NCBI RefSeq assembly: GCF_008831285.2
Contig: NC_045138.2
Location: 28,024,001 to 28,088,000 of the forward strand
Direction: 5' to 3'
From: Nymphaea colorata
Taxonomy: Eukaryota
DNA: 64,000 nt
The notes under the pieces are model-generated. The model saw only the letters and a program-made list of their open reading frames with translations. It ran no database searches and was not told where the DNA came from. Each line of letters begins with the position of its first letter. The first letter of the stretch is position 1. This document shows positions 48,559 to 61,133 of the stretch, one piece after another. A program made the translations under genes and the position numbers.

Positions 48559-50231
48559 AGGAAGTCCCAGAAGCTGTCCAAGAACGTCGGCGACGGTCCA
48601 TCTATTGGTGAACCTCCCCGTCGGAGCTGCAAGATCAATCCCGTAGGGCAGAAAATTGGCCGTGGCCTCGGAATCCGGCAAGTGCACATTGTTGCCGTTG
48701 TCAACGACGGAGTCCCCAAAGATGAACATGGCCGTGATGTTGCCGGCTGCTTCAGTGAAGAAGAAGCTCACCAGGACCAGAATCTTGATGAACCCCGCTC
48801 TTGCCATGGTCTCCATTTGCGTGCAGCCATGAGCCTGCGCTCCATTGTTCGTTTATACAGTGTGCGATATGGTGCTCCTCGTCGATGACCGTGAGGGAAA
48901 CATGGATTCCTGCCATAAGCCCAATCATTCGAGCTGGTTGACACACGTACCTAATTCTTCGGGTCAAGTTGATCGTTCGTTGTGACTGAAAAGTTGGAAC
49001 CGATGAACAAGAGTGTTGTTGGAGGTAGATTCAATGCTCATGGCCCAATCACTGAGCTCAATGACGAAGACAGCCCATCGTAAGGTGGTGAAATCTCCTA
49101 CAGGGACAATTCCAAGTCGACAGGTGCGCTTTATCGGAGAAGCATTAGTATCCAGCACCAGCGTCAGATGAGTTAAGCAACTGTTTAATTAGGTGCACCA
49201 ATGTGACATGGGTTCTAATTTAAATGCTCCTCTAACTAATAATTACTGAAATATGTAGTTAAATATGGGTAACATTATTGCGGAAAGAAAGATATCATGA
49301 AAATAACAACATAGAAAAATTATTGCAACTACTCTTCCTGTGGACATTTTCAGAGATTTGACCCATTGGTTCAATTCGAAAAGTAATGTTGTAGGTTAAT
49401 TAGATTGATAAATGGTGATTGTGAACAAATGAATGCAAGCTACATCAATGTGCTTGTAACAAAACCATAAATTGAAATATATGTACTTTGATTATGGCTA
49501 AAACAGGTTTTTTTTTTTGTAAAAAAAGACTACATAGAAAATCGGTGAATCATTTCACATAAAACCCTTAATTTTTTGGAGTATAAATGGAGGGTTTACT
49601 TCTGACCAAATCGTCCCCAGTGGACAACAAAAACTTTCGTGAACTTGTTTAGCGACTGAAGATTCACTGAGGATTATAAAATGATGAACCCCTCATATAT
49701 ATGCCCATAATGGAGGGGCCATTTTTTATGTATGGAGAAGAGGCCTTTGATGCAGGGGCCATACAGCCAACAAGATCTTTCTTATTGCAGCACATTATAC
49801 CGATTGATTGCATCTACCGACAGCCTGGCTGTCCAACCTGATCGTAAAGGACGATATTGCAACTTTGGATACATCCAATTGTGAACATTTGCTTGCAGTT
49901 CCAAGTATTCAAAGCTTCTTCCATTTTCATCTACTAGTCAAACCAAACATTATTCAAACTGGACAAATTATAGCTTTGATACAGATTCTTCGGGATGTTT
50001 TTCTTTCGCACGAGATTATCGGCCTCTTACATATTCTTCTTTCAAACTTAACAAAATAATTTGGAGAATGTTCCAAGGAGACCACCATTCTCACCTTTCT
50101 GCTATTCTATATAATCCTATTCAAAATGACATTACAAATGAGAATGAGGTGGTCACTCTTTCCGCCTTCAATTGTTTTACTTACTAATATTGTTTAAAAT
50201 TGCACCACAATCGCACACCGCACTGCTGCTT

Positions 50232-52750
50232 TTACTGCGCATTCATGGGATCTGGATTCTCGTGCGAAGCCTCGTTCAGCAGAGTAGAGTTGAAAGTTGT
50301 GGTGGAGTTGAGAGTTGCCAGGCGCTGGATGCTGAAGGGATAGGTGTAAGACGTGAGGTTTGCAGAGTACGCCATTCTTCCCATGATAGAGTTGGTGACA
50401 TCTGCAGGGTGACCGCCATCGAAGAAGAGATGGTTGGATCTGTTACTACAGACGCTGCCATCTACCAAACAGCTACTACCCCCAGCTTCCGTCTTGCAGC
50501 AGGCCTCATCAATCACCTCTATCCCTACTCAAACATAAATTTTATATATGGTCATAACTTTTAATATAATTATGACAAATCTTGTTTCTTGAGCCTCTTG
50601 AAATTTAATTAGAATTGCTTCTTTTTTTATCAATTATTCCTCACTTGAGAATTGTAAGCAGTTGAGCAACTCATGTTTGTCTTACTACTGTTGTAATCAG
50701 AAAGCCAAGTAGAAGAGGGAACATACCATAAGAAGCCGCGTTATTCATGACCTCACTCATAATTTCAAAAAGATTAACGAAAACAAAGTGGGAGCCCGCC
50801 ATTCCTTTATGAAACTTGTCAATGGATAGATTCAACTTTGTGTTGAGTAACGAAGAAGCGTAGTTGTAGAGCTCGATGCAACTTCCGTTGTTCTTTGATC
50901 GAGCAACAGGCGTGCAGCCGCTTACTTCAGTAGAAATCAAGAGAAACTTTCGAGCTCCCAAGTTGTACATCCACTGCAAAAGAATCATCCATGCGTGGGT
51001 AAAGTGAGTGAGTGCTTAAGTTGACATAATGCGTGTATTTTTCTCCTCAAATTACAAATTGGCATGAGAAACTTTTGAGTGCCCACCAGCAGGGGCATGT
51101 GTCATGCTATGCTGATTTTATATGAAACTGTTCCAAAATAATTGGATATGAAAAAAAAAATAATATGCATTAAGGAATAAGATTCGATTTGGAATTAACA
51201 AATGACATATGATCATATTCAGGTTCAGATCTGAGTATATATAAGTTTTCAATCAGATTCAGATTGAAATAAATATCATATATTCAACACCCTTACATTT
51301 TAAAAGTCAGGCCAGATTTGGCTTAAAAGACAGATATGGACTTATATGAATTTAAAAATCAAATTCAGACTGCATTGAGATTGTGATACGACTTTTCTTC
51401 ATTAATATTAGAATCCCAATATTTGAACATCAAATTGACTCCAACCGGATCCATGGACATCCCTATCGGCTTTTAATCCAACTGAAATAAATGTATCTAC
51501 TTTTTTGGCTGGTCAAGCAACTTTTAATTAATCTGCAACTATCTTTAATATAATGATAAAAAATAAAAACCTACTCACCGTCGGCCATAGTGATGATAAA
51601 ATAATATTCAAAAAAGTGAGCTTGCCGCACCTATGGAACCGCTCCTACTTAATTGCAAATGCAAGTGCAAATTTTTTAACTGGAAAAGTTACCTAAGACT
51701 TTGGTGATATCCAATATCTCACCTAGCCAAATATGATTACAAGAAAGCTGAGCTTCTTCATGGTCAATCGAAAACTTTTTAAGATATTGTTTCTATCAAA
51801 TTGATAATTAAATCTGTAAATAATTAGGACTCTACCCTCTAGAAGGTGATATGGCAAAAAATAGTTACCTTTCTTGGATTCCCTTAGATAATTTTCTAAC
51901 TCAAATTGAATGTTGGGATTCAATGTCTCCCTGTCAACTAAAATAAATAAATAAGCATGATTGATTTGCATGTAGGTGACTAGCAGATAAAATGTCCCGA
52001 TCATGTTCATAATCAATGACTAAAAGAAGTACCCAAGAGAGTAAAATGGAAAGAGGATTCCTTACCTCGACCACTTCTGTGTACTTATCAGTAAGCACCT
52101 CCACGAACTCCGGTAGCACGCACGGCGTATCGTCGAAGCAATGGTCTATGAAATCGTTGCCGCCGGTGTTGAACAGAAATATGCTGTCAGCAAGGAAGGA
52201 AGACGTGTTCTCCCCAATTAGCGCCCGCAGATCCGGCAGCGTCTTCCCAGCGAAGGACCTAATTTGGCCTGTCAATGGCGTAACGACGGTCTGCAGCATA
52301 CAGAGCCAATCTTTTATAAGATATCAGAGTAGGAACCAGCAGAGGCATAATGTGAAGAGAAGGAAGAGCTTGGGAAGGAAGTGAACTCACGCTGCTGTTG
52401 GTGGTATCGAGAATGCCAGAACCAGCAGACGCATAATTAATTCCATGAAGTATATTCGTCCCTGTAGTATTGGGATCATTGAAGCATGGAATGAACGGGA
52501 GGCCCAGGAGCTCGGCCATCACATCGGCGATGGTTCTCGCGTTCGTGAACCGGCCGGTGATGGCATAGAAGTCAATGCCATAGGGCGTGTAATCCGCCCT
52601 CGCCGTGCTGTTGAAGTAGATATTGTTGTTGCCACAATCGACCAGGGAGTCACCAAAAATGAAGAGACCGGGAACCCTGCTTCCTTCGCTCGACGCTAGC
52701 AAGCAACGGCAAAACAGAAGGGCGAGCACGGCGAACCCCGGCCGCTTCAT
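50232..52750 (-). CDS. GDSL esterase/lipase, paralog C (4 exons, about 374 aa)
   Basis: Exons 52750-52391, 52290-52066, 50973-50727 and 50524-50232, in frame. Signal peptide; FIFGDSLVDCGN, GINYASAGSG, TGGNDF, FFDGGHPA. Confidence 0.92.
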
Positions 52751-53069
52751 TTTGGGGACAAATGAACTTTACAAACGGAAAGGTGGCGCACTTGTTTCAG
52801 ATGTAAAACCGGGAGTCCGCTTGTGGAAGCTGACCTCAGTGTCTGAAAAAGAAGAAAAGGGCTCGCCGGAAAAAAGAAGAAAAGCCGACCTGGTTTAAGT
52901 CTGTAGGATTGCGGAACGAAGAGATGGGATCGTCTTGTTTGGTGAAAAACGTGCTAATTGGGCAATATTTAGAATCTCTAGAACGTTAGTTGAGCAACAG
53001 CAACTGCTGGGGCTGGTCCACGACATTGAAGGGGATTCATCAAGCCACGACATTCATATATTTTATCCC

Positions 53070-53706
53070 CTGGGCATCAGGGGGCTGAGCCCGGCTGACC
53101 CAGGCGGGCCTGATTAGATTAAAAAAATATTTTTTTTAAATCGCCCGTCCCTCTACCTCCTCCGCCCGTCTTTCCAACTCGTTCACCCGTCCGTCCTCCT
53201 TCTTTCCTCTTCGTCTTTTTCCTCTCTTCCCCATCCTCCTTCTTCCCCCCCTCCCATCTACCTCTCCTTCTTCCCTCCTTCCCTTTGCACTCTGTCTCTC
53301 CTTCTTCCCCTTCCCCCCTCGGCCTCTCCTTCTTCCCCCTTCTCCCATGGGCCTTCGCCCTTCCCAAGGCTTCCCCCTTCCCCGCCTTCCCCCCTCCTCT
53401 CCTCCTCCTTCTCCCTTCCCCATCGGGCCGGACCCAGCCCGGGCCCCGGTTTCTGGCCGACCGATTGACCCGGGCCGGGACACAGGATATCAGGCCGGGA
53501 CCCGGGATATCCGGCTAGGCCCGGGGCCTGGGTTTCTAGCCCGATGGGCCAAGCCGGGCCAGACCGAGCCCAGGCCCCGGTTTCTGGCCGACGGGTTGAC
53601 CCGGGCTGGGACACAGGATATCAGGCCGGGACCCGGGATATCGGGCCAGGCCCGGGCCCAAGTTTCTGGCCGACAGGTCAACCCGGCCCGGCCCGATGCC
53701 CACCCT
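53070..53706. mobile_element. GC-rich non-autonomous DNA transposon (hAT-like, related to 19770-20836) upstream of GDSL C
   Basis: Inverted termini TGGGCATC / GATGCCCACCC, with TTATCC on both flanks. Contains a polypyrimidine tract and a ~120-bp tandem duplication (about 53430-53690). Confidence 0.65.
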
Positions 53707-55224
53707 TATCCACTAGGCAATGGAAAAGGGGCTCAAACATTGGATCCAAATTCAATTAGCTGATCAGGTAGAAGGAGGGTGGATGATTAGATCGCCCTGA
53801 TCTAGATTGGTATAGAGCTACGCTATGCAGAATTCTGTCACTTCTCAGCCAACCGTCCGTGACTGGAAGGTAGTTCTGTCAACTAACTTTTAAGCTAGGG
53901 TCCCCGAGCACCAATTGGATCCGATTCAAAAAGAGCGGCCGGTTGAAATAAAATGGCCAAACATTTTTTTTTCGAGATATCTTTGTCATTCAGTGACTAA
54001 TGATTTCTTTTACTCGAGTAATTGGTTCGTAACTTTTAAAAGTTGATCAATGATTTGTTATTTGCCTAAATGTTAGACATTTCGTTCTATAAGTTTTTTA
54101 TTTTTACCATCCTATAATCTTTCCTACACCACCAGTCCTAAATATCAAATGATCATATATTGGATCCGAAATAATCCGATCAAGTGTTATTTTCTCCTTA
54201 ATTAATTTTCATTATTTATATGGCAGCTTAATTTGATAGCTATGGTTGTCGACTCGGATCGGCTGAGCAAAAAATTAGTCGATTTTTCTTTGTCCGTTTT
54301 TCCCGGTTTGATCACAAATATGCTTGGACGACCCGAATTCACAATGTTGGATAAGAAAAAAATGTCATAAAACTCCAATTTGCAAGGTGAAAAGATGAAC
54401 ATAAAATTCAATGCACGAATCAAATTTTATGAGTGTTTTAAAGTTTAATAATATAATAAAATTCAATTCGTCCGTCTGCTTTCTGTCATTTTCTTATCAC
54501 TTATAAATCTGCATCAGCATCAGCATGAATTGGCAAAGTTTAGAAGGAGTACTGCGGCATGGATGGTTAATCTAGTTAGCTAATCAAAAATATGATTCGA
54601 TCAATCGGACCAACCATTTAAATTTCTGCAGCTTTCAGATTGATTTGGATATAAATTTGGATATGTAAATAGTCATTCATTTGCAATAAAGGCTCAGAGC
54701 CTATCTAAGTTTTCTTAAAAAACTAACTAGATTGAATTCATACAGTCGATTGGTCATATAATTAACGCCAAAGCGTTACCCTTTCACAAGCCAGAAGGTA
54801 AAAACTTGTTTGCTTCATTAATACGATCAGAATTGGCATCAATTTGGTCGATTCTTATGGAAATTCAAGCTTGCCGCTTGAAATCAAATTTTACGCAATT
54901 CTGTACTATATTTTAGTTTTCTATTTGCATTTTCCAGAGGACTTTTTCAATATTTTTGGTTGATGCACAGCTGATCGAGTTGGGGTGAATCGGCAGTCTC
55001 TGCGATTTGCTTCAGAAGCCGATTTTATGACACCGGTTCGCCTGTACTTACAAGAAATTGAGCAAATCAGAAAGCTTCCTGATGTACTGATAGATTGCAG
55101 AAGATGTGCTTTGCTGCCCAAAAGAAGAGAAAGTTCAAGGGGAATCCATTATCCTATTACAGATCTCAATAACTAGATTATGAACCTCAAGGCCCTGTTG
55201 TCTCACTGACATAGAGAAGAATCC

Positions 55225-58194
55225 CTACTGGACGTCCCTCCCATGGGACACCAAGCTTTCAGAAGGCTCTAGAATGGCGGAAGAAGCAGAAGCGGAAGCG
55301 TTGATGCTTGCTAACTGCTGGACATTGAAGGGGTAGGCAATAGATGTGAGGTTGGAGGAGTAAACCAGTTGGGAGAGGATGGCATTGACTCTGTCAGTTG
55401 GGTGTCCTCCATCAAAGTAGACGTATACGCTCCTGTCATCACATACAGTCCCGTTCTCCACACACACATCGCCACCACTTGAAGTAGAGGTCTCACAGCA
55501 TCCCGACGCCACCACTTCGAATCCTGTTGGGCAACATTTTGAGATTCCCAAACCAGAAAGAAACGATTGGATACTTAACATGAATAAGAAACTTAAAGGG
55601 AAAGAGAAGTTGCATACCATAAGTTGATGGGTTGGCTATAATTTCCATTAGTGGAGTATAGACGTTGGCAAAGACGAAACTGGAGCCCGGCAACTCCTCG
55701 TTGAGCTTGTCAATGGAAGAGTTCAAGAGAGTGTTGAATAAGATGGCCCCGTAGCTGTACAATTCATTGCAACTGCCGTCGCCCATGCTTCGGACCACCG
55801 GCGTGCAGCCACATGCTTCCGTCGAGTACAACACAAACTTCCGGGCTCCGTAGCTATACATCCTCTGCCGAAAACGAAATCGCGATTCACATGCACTTAA
55901 TTTCAGTCAAAATATGATAAAATTTTGGACCTCCGAATTCTCTGACGTTCTTTTTGGAAGCAAGTAGTTTGTGGGTGTTGAAGGAAATTCACAAAATCTC
56001 TAAAGTTCATTAATGCTGTTAATTTGCGATCTTAGATATGGCAATCTTAAGGGACTGTTAACATCTTGTGAAATCAAAGCAAAGTTCTCCAAATTCTCTA
56101 GTGACAGAAGTTTGTTAATGCATGGAAACTTATCAGTAACCAGAATTCTCATGAGAGATTCGATTTTTTCTAATCTTGCATACTCTCAAGTTTGCATCAG
56201 CCAAAAAAGAGAAATCCCCTTCACTCAAGACATTACAGAGTCTCCAGTAGGGTTAAACTCCAAGCTGGTGGTTGGCCTGATTGGCGTTCACAAAAATGGT
56301 GAAGAAGTAACCGAGACTGGTAGCGGAGATGGAAGGAAATTTTCTGAGGTTTTGAACAAGCATGCTTCGGTGGTACTGGTTGTTGTTTGGGAACCGGTAG
56401 CTGGGAGGAGAGTCTATGCATTTGACAAAAAGATGGGCATCTCTCCAATTGTGTTTCTATTACAAGATATGCAGAAATTACTTTTATCACAAATATTTGA
56501 AGTAGTTCTTCTAAATTTTAAGCATGTAGTAGAGAACATTTCAGAGCATTTATAAAAAATCGAGAGTTTAGAAAAAGCCTGAAGTTTGGTGAATTAAGAG
56601 GATATTTTCAGATTGTCAATTCTCAAAAAATTAACCTCAAGGTAAGCAAATTGAAAAAGGTATTTCCGCACCTTGAGTTGTCCGGCAAACACGGAAATGA
56701 GGTAGTCGGTGAACTTGGGGAGGTCGCAAGTAAGCGTTGTGCCGAAGCAGTAGGTGATGTAGTCGTTGGCGCCGGTGTTGAATGCGAAGATGCTGCTAGC
56801 AAGATATGAAGTGAGGTTTTCTCCCAGCAGCGCTTCCAACTCCGGCAGCGTCGAGTTCTCAAAGAATGCAATCTGGTCATTCAGTGGTATCACTATTGCC
56901 TGCAAAAATTGCAGCAAACCAAAGTGATTAGGGATGTGAAGTGTTAGGTTTTGAGCAGAAAAGAAAAAGAAAGGGGTCATTGGATATGATCATATAAATT
57001 ATCAAGCATGAAAGATATATATATGTGCCAGAAAATATTATTATATTTACCATTGATCACAAAATCACTCTTAGAAGTTCATGAGAAGATTGATTAGCAC
57101 CACCACATGGAATACTTAAAATTTTTGGGAAAATAATAATAGTATAAAGAACATAAAAGTTCTGCTCCTGGACCTAAAGAAAAGAGGAGTAAAAGTGGGG
57201 TACGCCATCATGATCGTATTAATTTTTTCATTCCGGATGATTATATAACTTTTGTTTTTGGACTAGCAGCCTAAGATAGTGCGCATGTTCGGCATCCATA
57301 ACTGACCCCTCACATTGCAACTGCGTGACTTGTTAGTTTTCCTTTTTTGGTTTTTTTATATTTATATTTTTCTCAAAAAGGTAACTTTTGGCTGTTCCAA
57401 CTTTGTTTTTGTAGATTTTTTTTTTTTTGCAATGTTTTTCTGTCATTTGAACTCAAAGCATTTACTTCAGTGCATGGAGCCGAGCATTCAACCAATGTCA
57501 AGCATTCATCAAGTCATTGGACGTGCAAGGAAGTCCGATTCATCTAACCAACTACATGTTTTTAGGCGAGTGGTGAGTGAAAAGTTAACAATCCACTGCC
57601 CACAAAAAAACTGGATGGAACACACCTCACTCCAATCAGTTATGCTATATCAGGAGGATGAAAAATCTTGTCCTCCTTCTTCTACATTTCTTCTAACAAT
57701 TCATCAAACTCATCTGCCAAGACGCGTGGTGTCCGGTCTCCTACCATTTCATAAATGCAAGAGCCAGAATACGTATATAGAGATATCCATAGGAGAACTA
57801 ATGAATGAACTGTAAAACTTACACCAGTAGTGGTGTTGTCGAGGATCCCAGACCCAGCAGATGCATAGTTGAGTCCATGAAGGATCTTCTCCCCCTTGGC
57901 ATATGGAGCCAAGTTGCAAGGGATCAAATCCGGCAGGCCCAGAAGCTGACCCAGAACATCAGTCAAGATCCGCGCGTTGGTGAACCTGCCGGTGGCCGCG
58001 AAGAAATCTACGCCGTATGGTGGGAAATCTGCGACGGCCGTCGAGTTCAGAACGAATACATTGTTGCCACTGTCAACAATGGAGTCGCCGAACACGAACA
58101 GTGCTGGGACGCTACCATCAGCATCAGCGGGTGCTAAAGAGAAGGAGATGAGGACACAGAAAAGGAACAGCATGGTGGGGTTGGACTCTCCCAT
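55225..58194 (-). CDS. GDSL esterase/lipase, paralog D (4 exons, about 381 aa)
   Basis: Exons 58194-57823, 56899-56672, 55864-55618 and 55523-55225, in frame. Signal peptide; FVFGDSIVDSGN, GLNYASAGSG, TGANDY, YFDGGHPT. Confidence 0.92.
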
Positions 58195-58436
58195 TTTCTT
58201 CGGTGCTCTTTGTTCCCTCTTAAATTCCCTTGACATATATAAATATAAGAGAGGGAACAAACGGTGGCCTTCACATTATTTCCACACTGAACCATTGGAG
58301 CACTCCTTTCTTGCTTCTATATCTTCCTCCGGAAACATCTGACAGTCAACTTGATCTTTACTCGTAATTCAACCTAAGAGGTAGGACCTTCAGATACTTT
58401 CAATATTGGTTCATATCGGTCAGTACATATAATTCA

Positions 58437-59450
58437 TTCATTCATCATAGAATTGAGGTTTTTGAGGGCCACATATACGATGCGCTTAAATTTCATATTA
58501 GATTATAGTTTCAATTAAAACATTAAATATTGGTCTCTTTTAGTATTATGAAGACACATAGCAGTAATAATAAAAATAATAATAAGCCAAAAGATGTAAA
58601 TGAGGTCATCCGATAGCTCCCAGTCCGGCCGACGACGCTCTCGTGAATGTTTGAATAGGAAGAGGCCGGGAGGTGCCCTCTACTGGTCAATGGAGATATT
58701 GGCTGTTAGATGCCGCTGCACCTCTGATCCATGCACCTTCTTAATTAACCAGCTTCAAAGCTATAAGCCACAATCTGTCAGATGTATATCAGTAAATGGA
58801 TTTAAGCACCGGTTCCAACATAACACTAAAGAACTTCACAATAAAGAAGGGCCTTCTTGCAAGGTGGAAAAATACGGAAAGCCCGGTCACCTAATTTATT
58901 TGTTCGATCATTTATTAATCGATCTAATGATACCTTTTTTTAGTCAAAAGGGTTTTTTTATTATTTTCCTATTCATACGTTTTATGTATTCCAAACAACC
59001 ATGTGATTCTTGTGCCATTCCATACGCAGAAATGCCGGGCCGGCTTACAGAAATATTTCTGTAAGCAAAGAAGCTTGTCTAACTGAAGCAACCAGTGACG
59101 ATGTGGCAGCGAGCAGCCTAACTGGTAGGACCTTCACGAACTCTCGTTGGTGCTTGTCGGTCAGTATAATCGATCCATTCATCATAGAATGAGTTCTTTT
59201 GAGGGCCACATATACGATGTGCTGAAATTTCATATTGGATTATAGTTTCAATTAAAACATTAAACTGACACACATAATAATAATAAAGATAATATGTGTA
59301 AATGTGGTCATCCGAGCATCTATTGTTCTGTTTAAAATGATGCCATCTGATAGCACCGTTTCCACTCCAAAATTTTAGGTACAAGCTACTTGGTTCAACA
59401 TCGGCTGCAAGCACCGTTTCCAACATAATACTAAGGAACTTGACAATATT
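58437..59450 (+). repeat. Degenerate direct duplication upstream of GDSL D
   Basis: ATTCATCATAGAAT...GAGGGCCACATATACGATG...AAAACATTAAA occurs at about 58440 and 59178. AAGCACCG.TTCCAACATAA.ACTAA.GAACTT occurs at about 58804 and 59409. Confidence 0.75.
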
Positions 59451-59808
59451 TGAGTACAAGCCGTTGCAACACTCAAACCGATGGGGAAAATGATGCAACT
59501 CATCACAACTTTCAGAGGATGCGGGTCATTGTATTCTATAGAAAAACTTCATTTTCATCATGTCTCAGAGAAGAGATGCGAACAACAGGCACAATTTCAT
59601 GGCCCCTCCTCCATTCCAGCTCTTTTAAATTACTTTTCTAATGTATATGGTCTACTGACGAATAAGTGTGTAGACCATAAATGTGTTCCTTGGGTACACT
59701 AACGAGTACACCAAATTTATTACAAACTGATAAGAAGCAGAAAGACAGACTAGCTGAGAGTGCCAACTAAAATCCACTCACAAGCGCTGCCGTTCATCCG
59801 TGGGCTCT

Positions 59809-61133
59809 CTAACTGCTTGCATGTGACTCTGTCTCTGCATAAGCATTTGATGAAGCAGCGGGCCCTAGCTCAAGGTCAACCAGACGAGCAACATTGTAGG
59901 GATAAACTTCGGATGATAGCTCTGAGAGATACGCCTTGCCTGCCAAGTGTTTGTAGAGTGCCTCAGTGAAGTGCACACCATCAAAATACATGTAGGCGTC
60001 TCTGTCCTCGCATGGGGCGCTGCCTTCCTCGCACATCTTGTTCTGGCTTGATTTTGAGAGTCTGCAACATGTCTGGTTTATCACCCTGAACCCTACAAAT
60101 TATGCACCAATAATATAGGCAAGTCAGAGGATGCACAAACGAAATTGTGCGTAAGAACGCGCAGAACTATTGGAAGAAGACAACCATGTGAATTTAACAC
60201 GAAAGTACTGCAGGAAAACGCGTTATTTTTTTATCCCCAGAAGCAACAGACAGTATAAAAGAATCAAACTTGGTTCCTGGACCTAATGTAAAGTGGCATA
60301 GAGGGAGGGATTTGTCTAAATTGCCAACACCCTGCGATGGATGACAATGAAGACATACATGGGTGACGGTGAAAGAAAGGAACATACCCAAAGGAGCAGG
60401 GTTGTCGAACACGTCTCTAACAATTTTATAGGTATCGACGTAGACAATACGGGAGCCAGGCATCTGCCTCTTCTCCAAATCCCCCAAGGATGAGCTTAAG
60501 AGCTTGTTGAAGGAGATGGCAGCGTTGTTCATCTCCTCTTTGCAGTACCCGTCCTTCATGCCTGACGCTGCCCTAGCAAATGGCGTGCAACCAATCGCCT
60601 GAACTCCAAACAGCACAAACTTTCTGGCTCCCACGCCATACACTGCCTGCACCAAACAACCCCACCACCCAAACTCAGTCGGCAAACCTGATTTCTCATC
60701 TTCAACATGCTTTCTGCTTTGTAAGAAAAAACAGAAAGAAAGAGAGACAGAAAGAGGGAAAAAAAACAGGGGATTAGGGAACCATCCATCAAGACAGATG
60801 GATAGCCTCGATTTTTGCTTCAACTATCAGGACCATCTGCCAAAGGCGGCCCCTTCTCAATGATGCTCGTCATTGGTAGTTCTGTACCTTGAGTTGTTGA
60901 GTGAAATTTGCCAAGAGTGACTGCAGGAACTCCTGTGCAGTGCATTGGCCATCCCCGCTGTTTGCTTGGGAGCACATCCATGAGCAGTCATTGCCCCCCG
61001 CATTGAACATGAATATGCTCTTGGACAGGAAGGAAGCGAGTTGTTGCCCCTTCTCTCTGAGTTGAGAGCTCAAGTCTCGTACCGTCGCAGTTCGGAAGTG
61101 CTCGATCTGTTGGTTCAACGATATGCACGCCGA
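59809..61133 (-). CDS. GDSL esterase/lipase, paralog E (exons 2-4; exon 1 not found in the window)
   Basis: Exons 61133-60888, 60646-60388 and 60092-59809, in phase. Motifs FNAGGND, YGVGARKF, IGCTP and YFDGVHFTE. No GDS exon seen up to 64000. Confidence 0.85.

Larger units (their letters stand above)
33360..48816 (-). pseudogene. GDSL esterase/lipase B3, disrupted by a Copia insertion in exon 1; LINE in intron 2
   Basis: Exon 1 is 48816-48559 plus 43214-43107; removing the Copia and one TSD restores GQLLGLPHPLPGFNDP in frame. Exons 42907-42683, 34330-34084 and 33652-33360 are open and in phase. GDS, GGND and YFDGSHPS are intact. Confidence 0.88.

Noticed and set aside
3799..61133. Functional gene cluster linking ESCRT-III with the GDSL enzymes
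   Set aside because: Adjacency alone is not evidence in a plant genome, and there are no other enzyme classes here to suggest a biosynthetic cluster.
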